DNA from: a virus
Lineage: Duplodnaviria > Caudoviricetes
Virus record (IMG/VR): IMGVR_UViG_3300031994_000004
Direction: 5' to 3' (one strand)
DNA: 64,000 nt
Shown here: positions 1-9,764 of the stretch, piece after piece
Layout: each line of letters starts with the position of its first letter
Numbering within the stretch: position 1 is the stretch's first letter
Position numbers and translations under genes: made by a program
Notes under the pieces: generated by a model
Told to the model about the DNA's origin: nothing
Databases searched by the model: none
Seen by the model: only the letters and a program-made list of their open reading frames with translations

Positions 1-2111
1 ATGGCGCGTGGAGGTATTGTGTAAACAACTTAAAAATAGACGATGTAAAGACGTTTATTGCCATAAGAAATAATGCTATTTCTAGTATAATGGATGACTT
101 GTTTACTGGAAGAAAGCCTGCACCGATTGCGTATTCCGGTGGCATTACTGTCATTACAGCGGACTCTAGTGCTGACAAGGAAAAAGTATATTATGATAAC
201 GTAAACCCACCGTATCGTTTAATGTATTGGGATGAACAACTTGGCGTGTGGTCATACGTTGGAAACTATAACAAGAACCATTCATTAAGTCTTGCTGGTA
301 TTGTCGGTGCTGAACCTTACTATGGTGGGCTCACATCGCTGAATGCAGATGCAGACGCGGATAAGTCTAAAATCTACCTGTTGAGTGTAAACTACAAGTT
401 CGCCGTATATGACTCGGATAGTTCTTCGTGGGTGTACTACGATGCCATCTTCACACTTGAAAAGATGGTAAAATCGCTTTCAAAAATTTTCGGATTTGAG
501 GTGTTCAATGGTAGTGATGCCGAACTTGCAAATGCGTCTTATAACGGCGACAAGAGCAAGATTTATCTTTCTTTGAAAGACAGCAACCCGTACGAGTTGT
601 GGAAGTATGGAAGGTTTGTATTTTGGTCGCCTTACTTTAATTCGTGGCAGGTGTCCGATGTTGGTATAAGCGATGTAATCGCTAATTACTACAAGATAAC
701 TGGAGCAGAGCCGTACTATAAGGGCGGTTTGACCGTCTTGAAGGCTGACCCGGATGCAGATACGTCAAAGACCTACTTTGTTATAACTCCTGGCGGAAAC
801 TACCTGAAGAAAATGGTGTACGACTCCGTCAATTCAACGTGGGTATATACCGACAAGATAAACCTTGATGTGAACGGCTCGTTGCTTTCCATCATTTCTG
901 GAATCGTAGGAGCGAAGGCTTACTTTGGCTCGTTACTTACACTTTCTTCGGATACTACCGCAGATACAACGAAGGTGTATTTCTGCGCCCTCGCCTCGTC
1001 TGCCGACTACCTCAAGATATTCGTATATGATGCTGCCACATCTTCCTGGACTTATGGCGGGAGTATTTCGGATTTTATAAACAAGAGCGACGAATCGTTC
1101 AACATTGAAAATGAAAAGGTGCGTGCATACCTTGATAATACTGCGTATGACAACACCGACTACACGTACACCGAGGTGCTGAAGTACGCCGCCAACAACT
1201 ATGACAAGCCGAACGGATTTTCTGTAAATTGGGAATTTGCTGGGACTTGCGACTCGTTCAACGTGAAGGTTTCGCTGACTGGCGACTTTGCCGATGGAAA
1301 GACGTACACATACAATGTTGTGAATACTGCTAGAAGTTTTGTTGTTAAAAATCTTGACCCGTCAAAGGTGGCTGGTGTAAAGGTTTCTTCCGTCACTGGC
1401 GGTGTAGAATCGGTTGTAACTTCAAAGGCTATTCCCTGCGAAGGACGAGTGCGAATGCTCGATGTAGATGGCATCCGTAATGTGCGAGATATTGGTGGAT
1501 GGGACTGCGGGAACGGAAAGCGAATCAAGTACGGCAAGTTTTTCCGTGGTAGTGCGATTGACGAGAGTGGCAGCACAATTACATCTGCGGGAAAGGCCGT
1601 ACTTTACAATTTGAACGGAGTGCGTGCAGAGATTGACTTGCGCTCCACCGCTTCGCCCACCACCTCCGACATTGGTGCATCTTGTGTAAAGTATTCTATC
1701 ACTGGCTATTCTTACATCAATGGTTTCAACAATACGAGCGATGCGTACAACGTATTTAGCCGAGTGTTTACCGAAATCGCAAGCGGACATCCTATCTATA
1801 TGCACTGCTCCGGCGGATGTGACCGCACGGCTTTTTATGTGTGTATGCTTGAAGGATTACTCGGTGTTTCGGAAAATGACATTACTAAAGACTTTGAACT
1901 ATCAAGTTTTATGGATAAGGCTTATTCCAACAACTACCGCAGATACCGCAGTATGGGTGTTGAATACTCTAATAGAGACTGGCTTGGCCTTATCACACTC
2001 ATCAAGGGCTTAACAGGTGGCACTTGGGTCGAAAAGTTTGATACATATTTTACTAGCCTCGGATTTACGCAGTCCGATATTGATGCGGTGCGTAATGCCA
2101 TGTTGGAGTAA
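1..2111 (+). CDS. Repeat-containing protein with C-terminal tyrosine/dual-specificity phosphatase domain (5'-partial)
   Basis: Frame is open from nt 3 (GAWRYCVNN...), so it starts left of the window. NVRDIGG, FRGS, IDLR and HCSGGCDRT (CX5R P-loop) motifs of the Y_phosphatase3/IphP type. About five ~65-aa N-terminal repeats. GC visibly higher than the rest of the window. Confidence 0.8.
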   Translation, partial: GAWRYCVNNLKIDDVKTFIAIRNNAISSIMDDLFTGRKPAPIAYSGGITVITADSSADKEKVYYDNVNPPYRLMYWDEQLGVWSYVGNYNKNHSLSLAGIVGAEPYYGGLTSLNADADADKSKIYLLSVNYKFAVYDSDSSSWVYYDAIFTLEKMVKSLSKIFGFEVFNGSDAELANASYNGDKSKIYLSLKDSNPYELWKYGRFVFWSPYFNSWQVSDVGISDVIANYYKITGAEPYYKGGLTVLKADPDADTSKTYFVITPGGNYLKKMVYDSVNSTWVYTDKINLDVNGSLLSIISGIVGAKAYFGSLLTLSSDTTADTTKVYFCALASSADYLKIFVYDAATSSWTYGGSISDFINKSDESFNIENEKVRAYLDNTAYDNTDYTYTEVLKYAANNYDKPNGFSVNWEFAGTCDSFNVKVSLTGDFADGKTYTYNVVNTARSFVVKNLDPSKVAGVKVSSVTGGVESVVTSKAIPCEGRVRMLDVDGIRNVRDIGGWDCGNGKRIKYGKFFRGSAIDESGSTITSAGKAVLYNLNGVRAEIDLRSTASPTTSDIGASCVKYSITGYSYINGFNNTSDAYNVFSRVFTEIASGHPIYMHCSGGCDRTAFYVCMLEGLLGVSENDITKDFELSSFMDKAYSNNYRRYRSMGVEYSNRDWLGLITLIKGLTGGTWVEKFDTYFTSLGFTQSDIDAVRNAMLE

Positions 2112-2481
2112 TGGACTAATCGTTGCCACCCGCTGCCGTAGCCTGCAAAATGGGCTTAAAAGCCCAGCAGCTGACTAATAACCAAGTTTACTGAACAAGG
2201 AGGACTCCCCTATGCCTTACAATAGACAAATACCTGATGCACCCATGCAGGGTCTATGTTGCCTATGTTCATTGGTTTAGGGAGTCTCCCCCAACTAGAA
2301 TGGAATGCTTTTAACTAAATCACTTTTTATTTAAGGAGAACTTTACAATGTCTTTCAAAATCAAAACACATACTAGCGAGTCCGCAGATTCCGTGTTTGC
2401 CGACCGAAAAAAGGAAGTGCTTGCATGAAATAGTGGGCAAGTTTCAACAGCAACTGACTTTTAATAGTTGTAAAATAAATT

Positions 2482-2512
2482 AAAGCCATCTATACAATTA
2501 GATGGCTTTTCT
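2482..2512 (+). terminator. Rho-independent terminator-like hairpin
   Basis: aaagccatcta-tacaat-tagatggcttt followed by T-rich tract. Confidence 0.6.
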
Positions 2513-2538
2513 ATTATATTGTCAATTATAATAAAGTT

Positions 2539-2546
2539 CATAAATA
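2539..2546 (+). promoter_or_regulatory. T4-type late promoter (CATAAATA)
   Basis: Near-match to the gp55 consensus TATAAATA, upstream of the tail-like operon. Confidence 0.55.
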
Positions 2547-2577
2547 TATTGTGAATAATATATTAAGAGGTTTATAA

Positions 2578-4110
2578 ATGGCAATACAAAAGCACAATAC
2601 TTATTATGACACAACAAAGCCTAATTCAGGAATATATTGTTATGATGAAAATGGTAATCATAAAGAAGTATTAACCAAAAACGATTTAAATGCCATTTCT
2701 AGTATTAGTTCTATTAATGATAAAGTAACCGCTCTATCAGGTAAAACTGTAAGTGAAATTAAATCTACTGATACAGTTACTGCTACACCACATACTGCAC
2801 CAGATGGCACAATTTATTATGAATTATCAGTAGATGAAGTAGCTGTACCTGATATTTCTGGTTACAATGGAATTAGTGCTAGATACAATGAAGAAACTAA
2901 CCAATATGAAGTTGGTTTCAAAGAAAACGATTATGCTTACTTGTTTGGTCATTATGGAAACAATAGTACATTAACAGATGGTACAATTCTTAAATTGGAT
3001 AGTAACAACTATTACAAGATTACCATAGATGAAGATGGTTATATAACATTACCACAAACTACAAATAAATTTACATTTTGTATTAACGAATATATTGATG
3101 ATAACACTAACCAGAACCACGAATTTCTATTAAACAAATTAGTGTTGTCCGCTAAAAACAGTGACTCTATTGTTGCTTCACAGAATTACTATCCATCAGA
3201 AGTTGGTAGTAGTAATGTTACATTAGCCTTGACTATTGACAATAGTATTTCACCAAAAGAATATTGTATTGTTTATAAAGGTAGTGATGTTCCAACGAAC
3301 AAACTACACATTGAAGCTAGTATTCTTGAAGAAGTAAGAAGTTTAGATAGTTCTCGCGGTGAAGTAGATGGTTATACTGGTAGAGAACCAATTAGAGTAA
3401 TTCAAAATTCAAGAATTGTTGAATTACTTTATGATGAAGATGTATTTACACTTAAAGAAGATGCTTCATTAGGTGCTAAAAAATTGACTATTGAATCACA
3501 GGGTGGTGAAGTTGTTAATAAGGAAACCTTTGATAAATTGTTGAACACTATTAACGGTCGTATTACTGAAACTATCCCATTCGGTGCTTTAAACCAAGTT
3601 GGTTCAATGGCTGGTGCGAAACAATATGCTTATTTGTTTAGACCAACTATTGAATATGATATGACACAAGATACTGTAGCATATATGTTCGGTGGTAATT
3701 ATGACGATTCACAAAGAGTAGCGGTTGCAGTATATGATTCTTCAAAAACATCTGATAACTTAATTTGGCGTTCAGATTATCCATTACTTAATGTAGGTAG
3801 TGGTGGTGAACATACAATGCAAGCACATCCAAGCAGTCCATCTGGAACAATTTATCCTGATCACTTATATTATATTGCTGTTAGAATAGACAAAAATGGT
3901 GGTGGTGGTAGCTGGAACAATGTTCTTGGTGTACCTATTACAAACAATACTGATGTTGGTAATTTGCGTGTATGGCTTGGTTATGGTTTCACCGGTGGAG
4001 ATAATCTTGATTTCCCAAATTCAATAAACTTTAATACACAAGGTTCACTTGGTAATTTTGGTGGTTTGAAACCTTATGTTGGTTTTAGAACAAACATACC
4101 TAATGATTAA
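2578..4110 (+). CDS. Putative virion structural / tail-fibre-associated protein
   Basis: 510 aa, Gly/Ser/Thr/Asn-rich, SD gagg, late promoter upstream. Confidence 0.5.
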   Translation: MAIQKHNTYYDTTKPNSGIYCYDENGNHKEVLTKNDLNAISSISSINDKVTALSGKTVSEIKSTDTVTATPHTAPDGTIYYELSVDEVAVPDISGYNGISARYNEETNQYEVGFKENDYAYLFGHYGNNSTLTDGTILKLDSNNYYKITIDEDGYITLPQTTNKFTFCINEYIDDNTNQNHEFLLNKLVLSAKNSDSIVASQNYYPSEVGSSNVTLALTIDNSISPKEYCIVYKGSDVPTNKLHIEASILEEVRSLDSSRGEVDGYTGREPIRVIQNSRIVELLYDEDVFTLKEDASLGAKKLTIESQGGEVVNKETFDKLLNTINGRITETIPFGALNQVGSMAGAKQYAYLFRPTIEYDMTQDTVAYMFGGNYDDSQRVAVAVYDSSKTSDNLIWRSDYPLLNVGSGGEHTMQAHPSSPSGTIYPDHLYYIAVRIDKNGGGGSWNNVLGVPITNNTDVGNLRVWLGYGFTGGDNLDFPNSINFNTQGSLGNFGGLKPYVGFRTNIPND

Positions 4111-4118
4111 GAGGATAT

Positions 4119-4475
4119 ATGTTAATTAGTTATAACAAAGAAAAAATAGGACAAAATTATAATGATGCTTTTTTCGCAAAGCATTATGAGTTATATAATG
4201 CAGCTAATCATATATCTGGTCTAGACTGGAATTATTTAATCGCACCTTATTTGGATAGAGATTTACACGAAAAACTTTTAGCTGTAACATTAACAGATAT
4301 GCAGCCAATTATTACAGAAATTACCAGTATTCTTTCACTTATTCGTAGTGGTTATTTTTACACAGCATCTTTGATACTATCACAGTTAGATGTTTCATAT
4401 AGTACAACATTGAGCGAAATAAAAGTATGGTTATTGAAATCACTAAAAGAAGCAGACGATACGGAGGATAATTAA
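4119..4475 (+). CDS. Hypothetical protein (possible fibre chaperone), paralog of 7336..7977
   Basis: SILSLIRSGYFYTA resembles TVISLVQTGSFREA of 7336..7977; both follow fibre-like genes. Confidence 0.5.
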   Translation: MLISYNKEKIGQNYNDAFFAKHYELYNAANHISGLDWNYLIAPYLDRDLHEKLLAVTLTDMQPIITEITSILSLIRSGYFYTASLILSQLDVSYSTTLSEIKVWLLKSLKEADDTEDN

Positions 4476-5926
4476 TGTCAGTTGAAAATATAAAGAACCC
4501 TAGTGTTACAGAAGACGCATTAGCCTTAGGTCTGGATTCTTCAGGTTATATAGTTTCAATTAGTGGGCATTACCTAGCTGGTGGTAGTGGAGGTGGCAGC
4601 ATTTCTTATAGTGGTAGAAATGGTGTTAGTATAAATGGTTCATATATTGAACTTGAAACTACTGCAAAGAATGCTGTAGATGCTATTGCTGGAATTACTA
4701 CTGATGTCGGAACATTAAAAACTGCTAGTGCCGGTTGGGATAAAGTAAGTGCTAAATTAGACACTTCTGCTTTTAGTACAGTTAGTAGTAATTTCGTAAA
4801 TAAGAATGATTTGAATAGTTATGCTACAAAGAGTGACTTAGAAACTACAAGTGGAGAATTATTGACTACAGCACAATATAAATCTGATATGGAAGACTAC
4901 TTAACAAAGAGTGAAGCTAGTACAACATATCAACCAACAGGTAACTATCTTGTTGCTAATGATATAACTGGTAAATTGGATAAATCCATTTATTCAAATG
5001 CAAGTGGTAATTGGGAAGCATCTTATAATGTTTTGACTGCATATAGTGCAGCAGGAACTTGGTTGACTGCTCACCAATCTTTAACAAACTATTATACAAA
5101 AGATGAAACAAGTGGTGCAGGTGAGTTATCTACTGAATTTGCTAAGTATCTTACAACAGCACAATATAATACAGATAGTGCTACATTCGCATTAAAATCC
5201 GATTTGAATGGATTAGTTAATAGTGCTAGTGTAACTACAAATGATAATTATGTAATGACTAACTCCGGTTGGAAAGTATTAACTCTTCCAGGTGGTGGAA
5301 TGACACAAGTTTATCACGATACCACATTAACAGGTGATGGTAATACTAATGATAATCAACTTGGTGTAAAATGGGAAACATTAAGTAGTAATACTATTGC
5401 TTATTCAAATTCTGCATTTAATTTAACTAATGGAACTTCTGTTTCTAGTTTTGACCAAATTTCTGCTGCTATTGATAGTAGATATTCAAAAACTGCAAGT
5501 GATAATAGATATTTACAAAAATCATTAGATGATACACTTACTGGTGATGGAAAAGATTCTTCACATAAATTAGGTGTTGCTTGGTCTGCATTAAGTGGTA
5601 ATACTATTGCTTCGGCCGAAAAAGCTGGTGAAGCACAAGGTTTTAGATGGGGAGATAATACATATCAAGATACATCTGCTGCACTTACTAATTTGTGGAA
5701 TGCAAAAAATCATGTTACTTTACAGACTGCTAATAATATACTAACAGTAGATAATAATGATAATACAAGTGCAACATTGAGTGCTATGAGTTATGTTAAT
5801 AATACATTGAATAACAGAGCATTCTTGCCACAAAAGGCTTGTGTATGTTTGGAAAGTGAAATAACAACTATGGCAACTTTAGCAAGCGGACAAGGTATGT
5901 TATTCTTTGTAGTTTCTGCACATTAG
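4475..5926 (+). CDS. Tail-fibre-like protein
   Basis: Ser/Thr/Ala-rich; internal repeats DTTLTGDG..LGVKW..LS.NTIA / DDTLTGDG..LGVAW..LS.NTIA and LTTAQY.D. Confidence 0.6.
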   Translation: MSVENIKNPSVTEDALALGLDSSGYIVSISGHYLAGGSGGGSISYSGRNGVSINGSYIELETTAKNAVDAIAGITTDVGTLKTASAGWDKVSAKLDTSAFSTVSSNFVNKNDLNSYATKSDLETTSGELLTTAQYKSDMEDYLTKSEASTTYQPTGNYLVANDITGKLDKSIYSNASGNWEASYNVLTAYSAAGTWLTAHQSLTNYYTKDETSGAGELSTEFAKYLTTAQYNTDSATFALKSDLNGLVNSASVTTNDNYVMTNSGWKVLTLPGGGMTQVYHDTTLTGDGNTNDNQLGVKWETLSSNTIAYSNSAFNLTNGTSVSSFDQISAAIDSRYSKTASDNRYLQKSLDDTLTGDGKDSSHKLGVAWSALSGNTIASAEKAGEAQGFRWGDNTYQDTSAALTNLWNAKNHVTLQTANNILTVDNNDNTSATLSAMSYVNNTLNNRAFLPQKACVCLESEITTMATLASGQGMLFFVVSAH

Positions 5927-5935
5927 GAATAATTT

Positions 5936-7333
5936 ATGGCTTGGAAAACAGAAGGTAAAATTGGTTATCTTATAGGTACTGGTGGACAAGGCGCAGCTCA
6001 TTGGGATGCTGAGCGTGTGCTTTATCAAGCACCTAATGTAAATACACAAGAAGAAATTGAAAAAGTATTTTACTTGCCTCCTGGAGGAAATCCAAATACA
6101 GATTTACTGCTTGTTTGGAGAAGATACTGGGAAGAAGTTAAACAACTTGTTGCTGGTAATCAAAATGTTGCCATTGAGTATATACCAACACAAGATATAT
6201 CAGTAACTGATATAGGCATTTTTACAAATGAAAATAGTACAGGTAGAAAACCTCGTATTAAGATTTTTCATGAATGTGGCTTATGTGTTGCATTTGCCAA
6301 TGGTGATGTACAAACTACAAACCAAGTAGTATATGAATTAAGTGGCTCTAACCACGATGCAGTAATTCAAGCAACTACCCTTAAAGCTGGACAAAAATAC
6401 TATATCGTTTATTCACACGGTTATGGTAGTGGTAATGATTTCTTCCCTGCATATTTTCAAAACACGAATGGAAATTATAAGGTTTATGAAAATGAACAAG
6501 ATAATATACAAGTATTTGATATAAGCGAAAATGCTCAATACTTGAAACCTTCAAAATACAAAGGTGTTTTGTCAAATTCTATGGGAATCTTTGCTTTCGC
6601 TACTGATGACTGGTTCGTATGGATGGGTTCCACAGAAACAGGTATGACACAAGGACAAGTATATAGAAGAACTGATGTTGGTGAAGGTTGGACTTTTGAA
6701 GGTATAATTGGTGACCCTACAAATTATCATACAATTACCAGTAATGATTTGTCTAATTTACTTTCTAAGGACAATGGTGCTGACTTTATTTGGTATGTGG
6801 ATGCAGTTCCTGGTATGAATCGTGGTGAAATATGGGGAAAGCCTGAAGGATTTAACCCACATTTAGTTGATTTAAGCACATATAGTAATTCGGGTGAAAA
6901 AGAGGCTTTTGTTGCGTATAACTTAACACAATATGATGATGTGATGATTTCAAATGGTCAAATTTGGTATAGCAGTGATATAGGTTATACACTTTCTTTG
7001 AAAGCAGGATATAAAAGTACAGTCACATCTATGACGCCATTGACTGCAAAGCCAACAAATCCAGTAGACAAAACTCTATATTATCTTATTAGTTCTGAAG
7101 CAGGTTATCACATGAATATAGTCTGTGTTTATGAAAATGGCAATTACACGGTCATTGATGATAGAAACATAACCAATTATTTCAATTATGAGTCTTTATC
7201 AACGAAATTGGAAAAAATTGGAACTAACCAACAATTACTTGAGGCATTATATAATGGAGATACTACATTCTTAAATGCTACAGTAAATACGGATAAGAAA
7301 TTTTATCTTAAATTAAATGGAAACGAGGTTTAA
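5936..7333 (+). CDS. Putative virion / receptor-binding-associated protein
   Basis: 465-aa ORF in the late tail operon. Confidence 0.45.
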   Translation: MAWKTEGKIGYLIGTGGQGAAHWDAERVLYQAPNVNTQEEIEKVFYLPPGGNPNTDLLLVWRRYWEEVKQLVAGNQNVAIEYIPTQDISVTDIGIFTNENSTGRKPRIKIFHECGLCVAFANGDVQTTNQVVYELSGSNHDAVIQATTLKAGQKYYIVYSHGYGSGNDFFPAYFQNTNGNYKVYENEQDNIQVFDISENAQYLKPSKYKGVLSNSMGIFAFATDDWFVWMGSTETGMTQGQVYRRTDVGEGWTFEGIIGDPTNYHTITSNDLSNLLSKDNGADFIWYVDAVPGMNRGEIWGKPEGFNPHLVDLSTYSNSGEKEAFVAYNLTQYDDVMISNGQIWYSSDIGYTLSLKAGYKSTVTSMTPLTAKPTNPVDKTLYYLISSEAGYHMNIVCVYENGNYTVIDDRNITNYFNYESLSTKLEKIGTNQQLLEALYNGDTTFLNATVNTDKKFYLKLNGNEV

Positions 7334-7335
7334 AG

Positions 7336-7977
7336 ATGCATTATGCAGTTAATAAAGAAACAAATTTGGTAAAGTATTCTGCTGATAATCTTTACCTATT
7401 ACAACATATATTTGATTTAAACAAAGATGATATACACAATTATAAAATTTTGGAGGATAGCGGCATGAAAGTTGTTAGCCGAATAGTTTATGTAGATGGT
7501 GAATGTATCTACAATTCAAAGTCATTCTGGCTCTCAGACACGCCAGCACAAATACTTGAAAATTATAGTGAACACGAAGTAATAGATTTCTTGGGTAAAT
7601 CAGTTGATGAACTTCGTTTCAAAATTGAGAAAGACAATAACCAATCAAGATTAGCGACCATTGAAGATAGAGCAGGTGAAGTTTGCTACAACATTGAAGT
7701 CGGTAATGAATTTATCGCATTATTCCGTGAAGAATGTATCTTTACAGATTTTGAAACGGTTACGCCATTGGAAATAGCCCAAAAGTTATTAACAGTTATT
7801 TCACTTGTTCAAACAGGTTCATTTAGAGAAGCTAAACTTGTTCTAAAGACAATAGAAAATGACGCTTTCTTGACACCTGAAAGAATACAAAAATATGAAG
7901 ATATGTTAGACTCAGCAGATGCCATTACTTATGCGACACCTGAAGAATTTTTCTACACAGCACAAGAAAATACATAA
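7336..7977 (+). CDS. Hypothetical protein, paralog of 4119..4475
   Basis: Shared C-terminal SL(I/V)x(S/T)GxFxxA motif. Confidence 0.5.
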   Translation: MHYAVNKETNLVKYSADNLYLLQHIFDLNKDDIHNYKILEDSGMKVVSRIVYVDGECIYNSKSFWLSDTPAQILENYSEHEVIDFLGKSVDELRFKIEKDNNQSRLATIEDRAGEVCYNIEVGNEFIALFREECIFTDFETVTPLEIAQKLLTVISLVQTGSFREAKLVLKTIENDAFLTPERIQKYEDMLDSADAITYATPEEFFYTAQENT

Positions 7978-8056
7978 CAAAACTCATAAATATAGTGTAA
8001 ACTAAATTTGTGATTTTGATGATATGATGTTTATCTTTACTTTAAGGAGAAAAATC

Positions 8057-8506
8057 ATGTCAGTTAGTGTAAAAGGCGAAACAGCCGAAAAATTCAACTG
8101 GACTACCAAAGGGGATTTACATACTTTAAAGAACGATGCATCAATAATCTTAATGCTTGATTACCGTGGTGAAAGAAAATATGTAAAATTTTCATTCGCT
8201 AAAGGTTTTAAATGTGATGGTCTTTCGGTTCCAAGAATTTTCAGATGGTTTTTGAAATCCTGGGACAATAAAAATGACTTGTATAATCTTGCTGGTGTAG
8301 TTCACGATGCGTTATATGGTAATAAGGGCTTTGGTCTATTTACCCGTGACGAATCTGATGCTATTTTCCGTGGATTGTTGAGAGATGCTGGTTGTAATCG
8401 TTTCCACGCTTCTACCGCAGACTTCGCTCTTGGAATTGCTGCTAAATGCCATTGGGGAGATGACAACTTAGAGACTGCTAAATATGCCACTTGCGAAGAA
8501 ATCTAA
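8057..8506 (+). CDS. DUF1353-family protein
   Basis: GFKCDGLSVPR, AGVVHDALY and R.ESDAIF motifs; SD aggag; CATAAATA at 7985. Confidence 0.7.
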   Translation: MSVSVKGETAEKFNWTTKGDLHTLKNDASIILMLDYRGERKYVKFSFAKGFKCDGLSVPRIFRWFLKSWDNKNDLYNLAGVVHDALYGNKGFGLFTRDESDAIFRGLLRDAGCNRFHASTADFALGIAAKCHWGDDNLETAKYATCEEI

Positions 8507-8529
8507 ACAAACTAACCACATTTTTTCTT

Positions 8530-8563
8530 AAAGGGACCCAAAAGGTCCCTTTTGTTATAAATA
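8530..8563 (+). promoter_or_regulatory. Terminator hairpin fused to late promoter TATAAATA
   Basis: aagggacc-caaaa-ggtccctt, T tract, then TATAAATA at 8556-8563. Confidence 0.7.
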
Positions 8564-8596
8564 CTATAAAACAAATTAAATTATGGAGATTTTAAA

Positions 8597-9124
8597 ATGG
8601 ATTTAAGAGAAGCCAAACAAATTTTGAATAAAAATGGTTATGAACTATTAGACGAAGGCATTTTTCAAGGTATTAAAGACCGATTTGCTGATAGAAAACT
8701 AAACAAAGTAAATAAGAAAGTAAATAAAGCAATAAATCGTCTTTCAAAAGAAGGCCAAACTGATATTGGTGGTAGCACTGTTGATGAAAATAAAGAATTT
8801 TACAAGGTAGCAACTAAGGATATTCCAAAAGCCCTTCGTGGACTTCGTTGGGGCATTGATGACGAGAAAGCCGAAGAAATTTTAGAGAAATATGGTGATA
8901 AATACAAGTTCAACTTCCAATACTATGTAAATAATTGTACTGGAAATGAAACAAAAGAAGCAAACGAAGAAAATGGTTTGGCTTTTGATATAGATGGTTA
9001 TAAGAAAGGAACATATTACTCTGATATTTACAGAAAGAATTTCTTTGAAGAACTTGAAAAATTAAAAGAAGATGAAGGTATTGATGACTTAGAAGAATTG
9101 TTCTATAAATTGAATAAAAAGTAA
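8597..9124 (+). CDS. Leader-family protein (putative internal head protein)
   Basis: N-terminus MDLREAKQILNKNGYELLDE; late promoter. Confidence 0.6.
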   Translation: MDLREAKQILNKNGYELLDEGIFQGIKDRFADRKLNKVNKKVNKAINRLSKEGQTDIGGSTVDENKEFYKVATKDIPKALRGLRWGIDDEKAEEILEKYGDKYKFNFQYYVNNCTGNETKEANEENGLAFDIDGYKKGTYYSDIYRKNFFEELEKLKEDEGIDDLEELFYKLNKK

Positions 9125-9157
9125 TTTTTTAGTACAAAATAGCATAAAATTGGAAAT

Positions 9158-9189
9158 AGGGACCCAAAAGGTCCCTTTTATTATAAATA
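9158..9189 (+). promoter_or_regulatory. Terminator hairpin fused to late promoter TATAAATA
   Basis: Same agggacccaaaaggtcccttt hairpin as at 8532; TATAAATA at 9182-9189. Confidence 0.7.
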
Positions 9190-9206
9190 ACATAAAGAGG
9201 TTTATA

Positions 9207-9746
9207 ATGATTAAAGAAGAATTTTACAGTATCGTAGATAATTTGGCTATGCTTAACGAAGAAGCAGAAACTGAAGTAAAATCTGCTGAAGATATGGAAA
9301 AAGAAGTTGAGAAAACTAACAAAGAAGTAGCAGATAAAGATGCTACTAGCAAAGAAAGTGGTGAAGATGGAAAGAACCCTCGTGAATTGGTACACGAACT
9401 AATCAAACCTCAGGTTGAAATTGCGACTTCTACCATAAATTCCATTAAGGACGCATACGCCGACAACTGTAACAACACTAAGGAACTAAGTTCTATGATT
9501 GACCAGATTAAGAACTGGGAAGGAACCATTCGTGGTGCTTGTAGAACGATTGCTGCTACAGTTGAAAATAAGAAAATGATTAAGAGAAACGAAAACGGCA
9601 AATATGTTGCTTGGGATGGCAGAGAATTGAAGAAAGTCTGTTCTGGTAAGGCTTACGGTATGATTATCAACGAAGATTCCCGTGACCGTTCCACATTGGA
9701 CTTGGCAGCTGCCATTATCGTATTCTATAATTCTCTTCAAGGTTAA
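9207..9746 (+). CDS. Hypothetical late protein
   Basis: Start chosen at the ATG after SD gagg and the late promoter. Confidence 0.6.
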   Translation: MIKEEFYSIVDNLAMLNEEAETEVKSAEDMEKEVEKTNKEVADKDATSKESGEDGKNPRELVHELIKPQVEIATSTINSIKDAYADNCNNTKELSSMIDQIKNWEGTIRGACRTIAATVENKKMIKRNENGKYVAWDGRELKKVCSGKAYGMIINEDSRDRSTLDLAAAIIVFYNSLQG

Positions 9747-9764
9747 TTTGTTTGGAGTTTATGT

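Noticed and set aside
1199-2013. Alternative-frame and antisense ORFs in the track (e.g. 1199-1576, 1422-1805, 21043-21585, 61480-61938)
   Set aside because: They are shadows of well-supported genes, with no SD or recognisable motifs.
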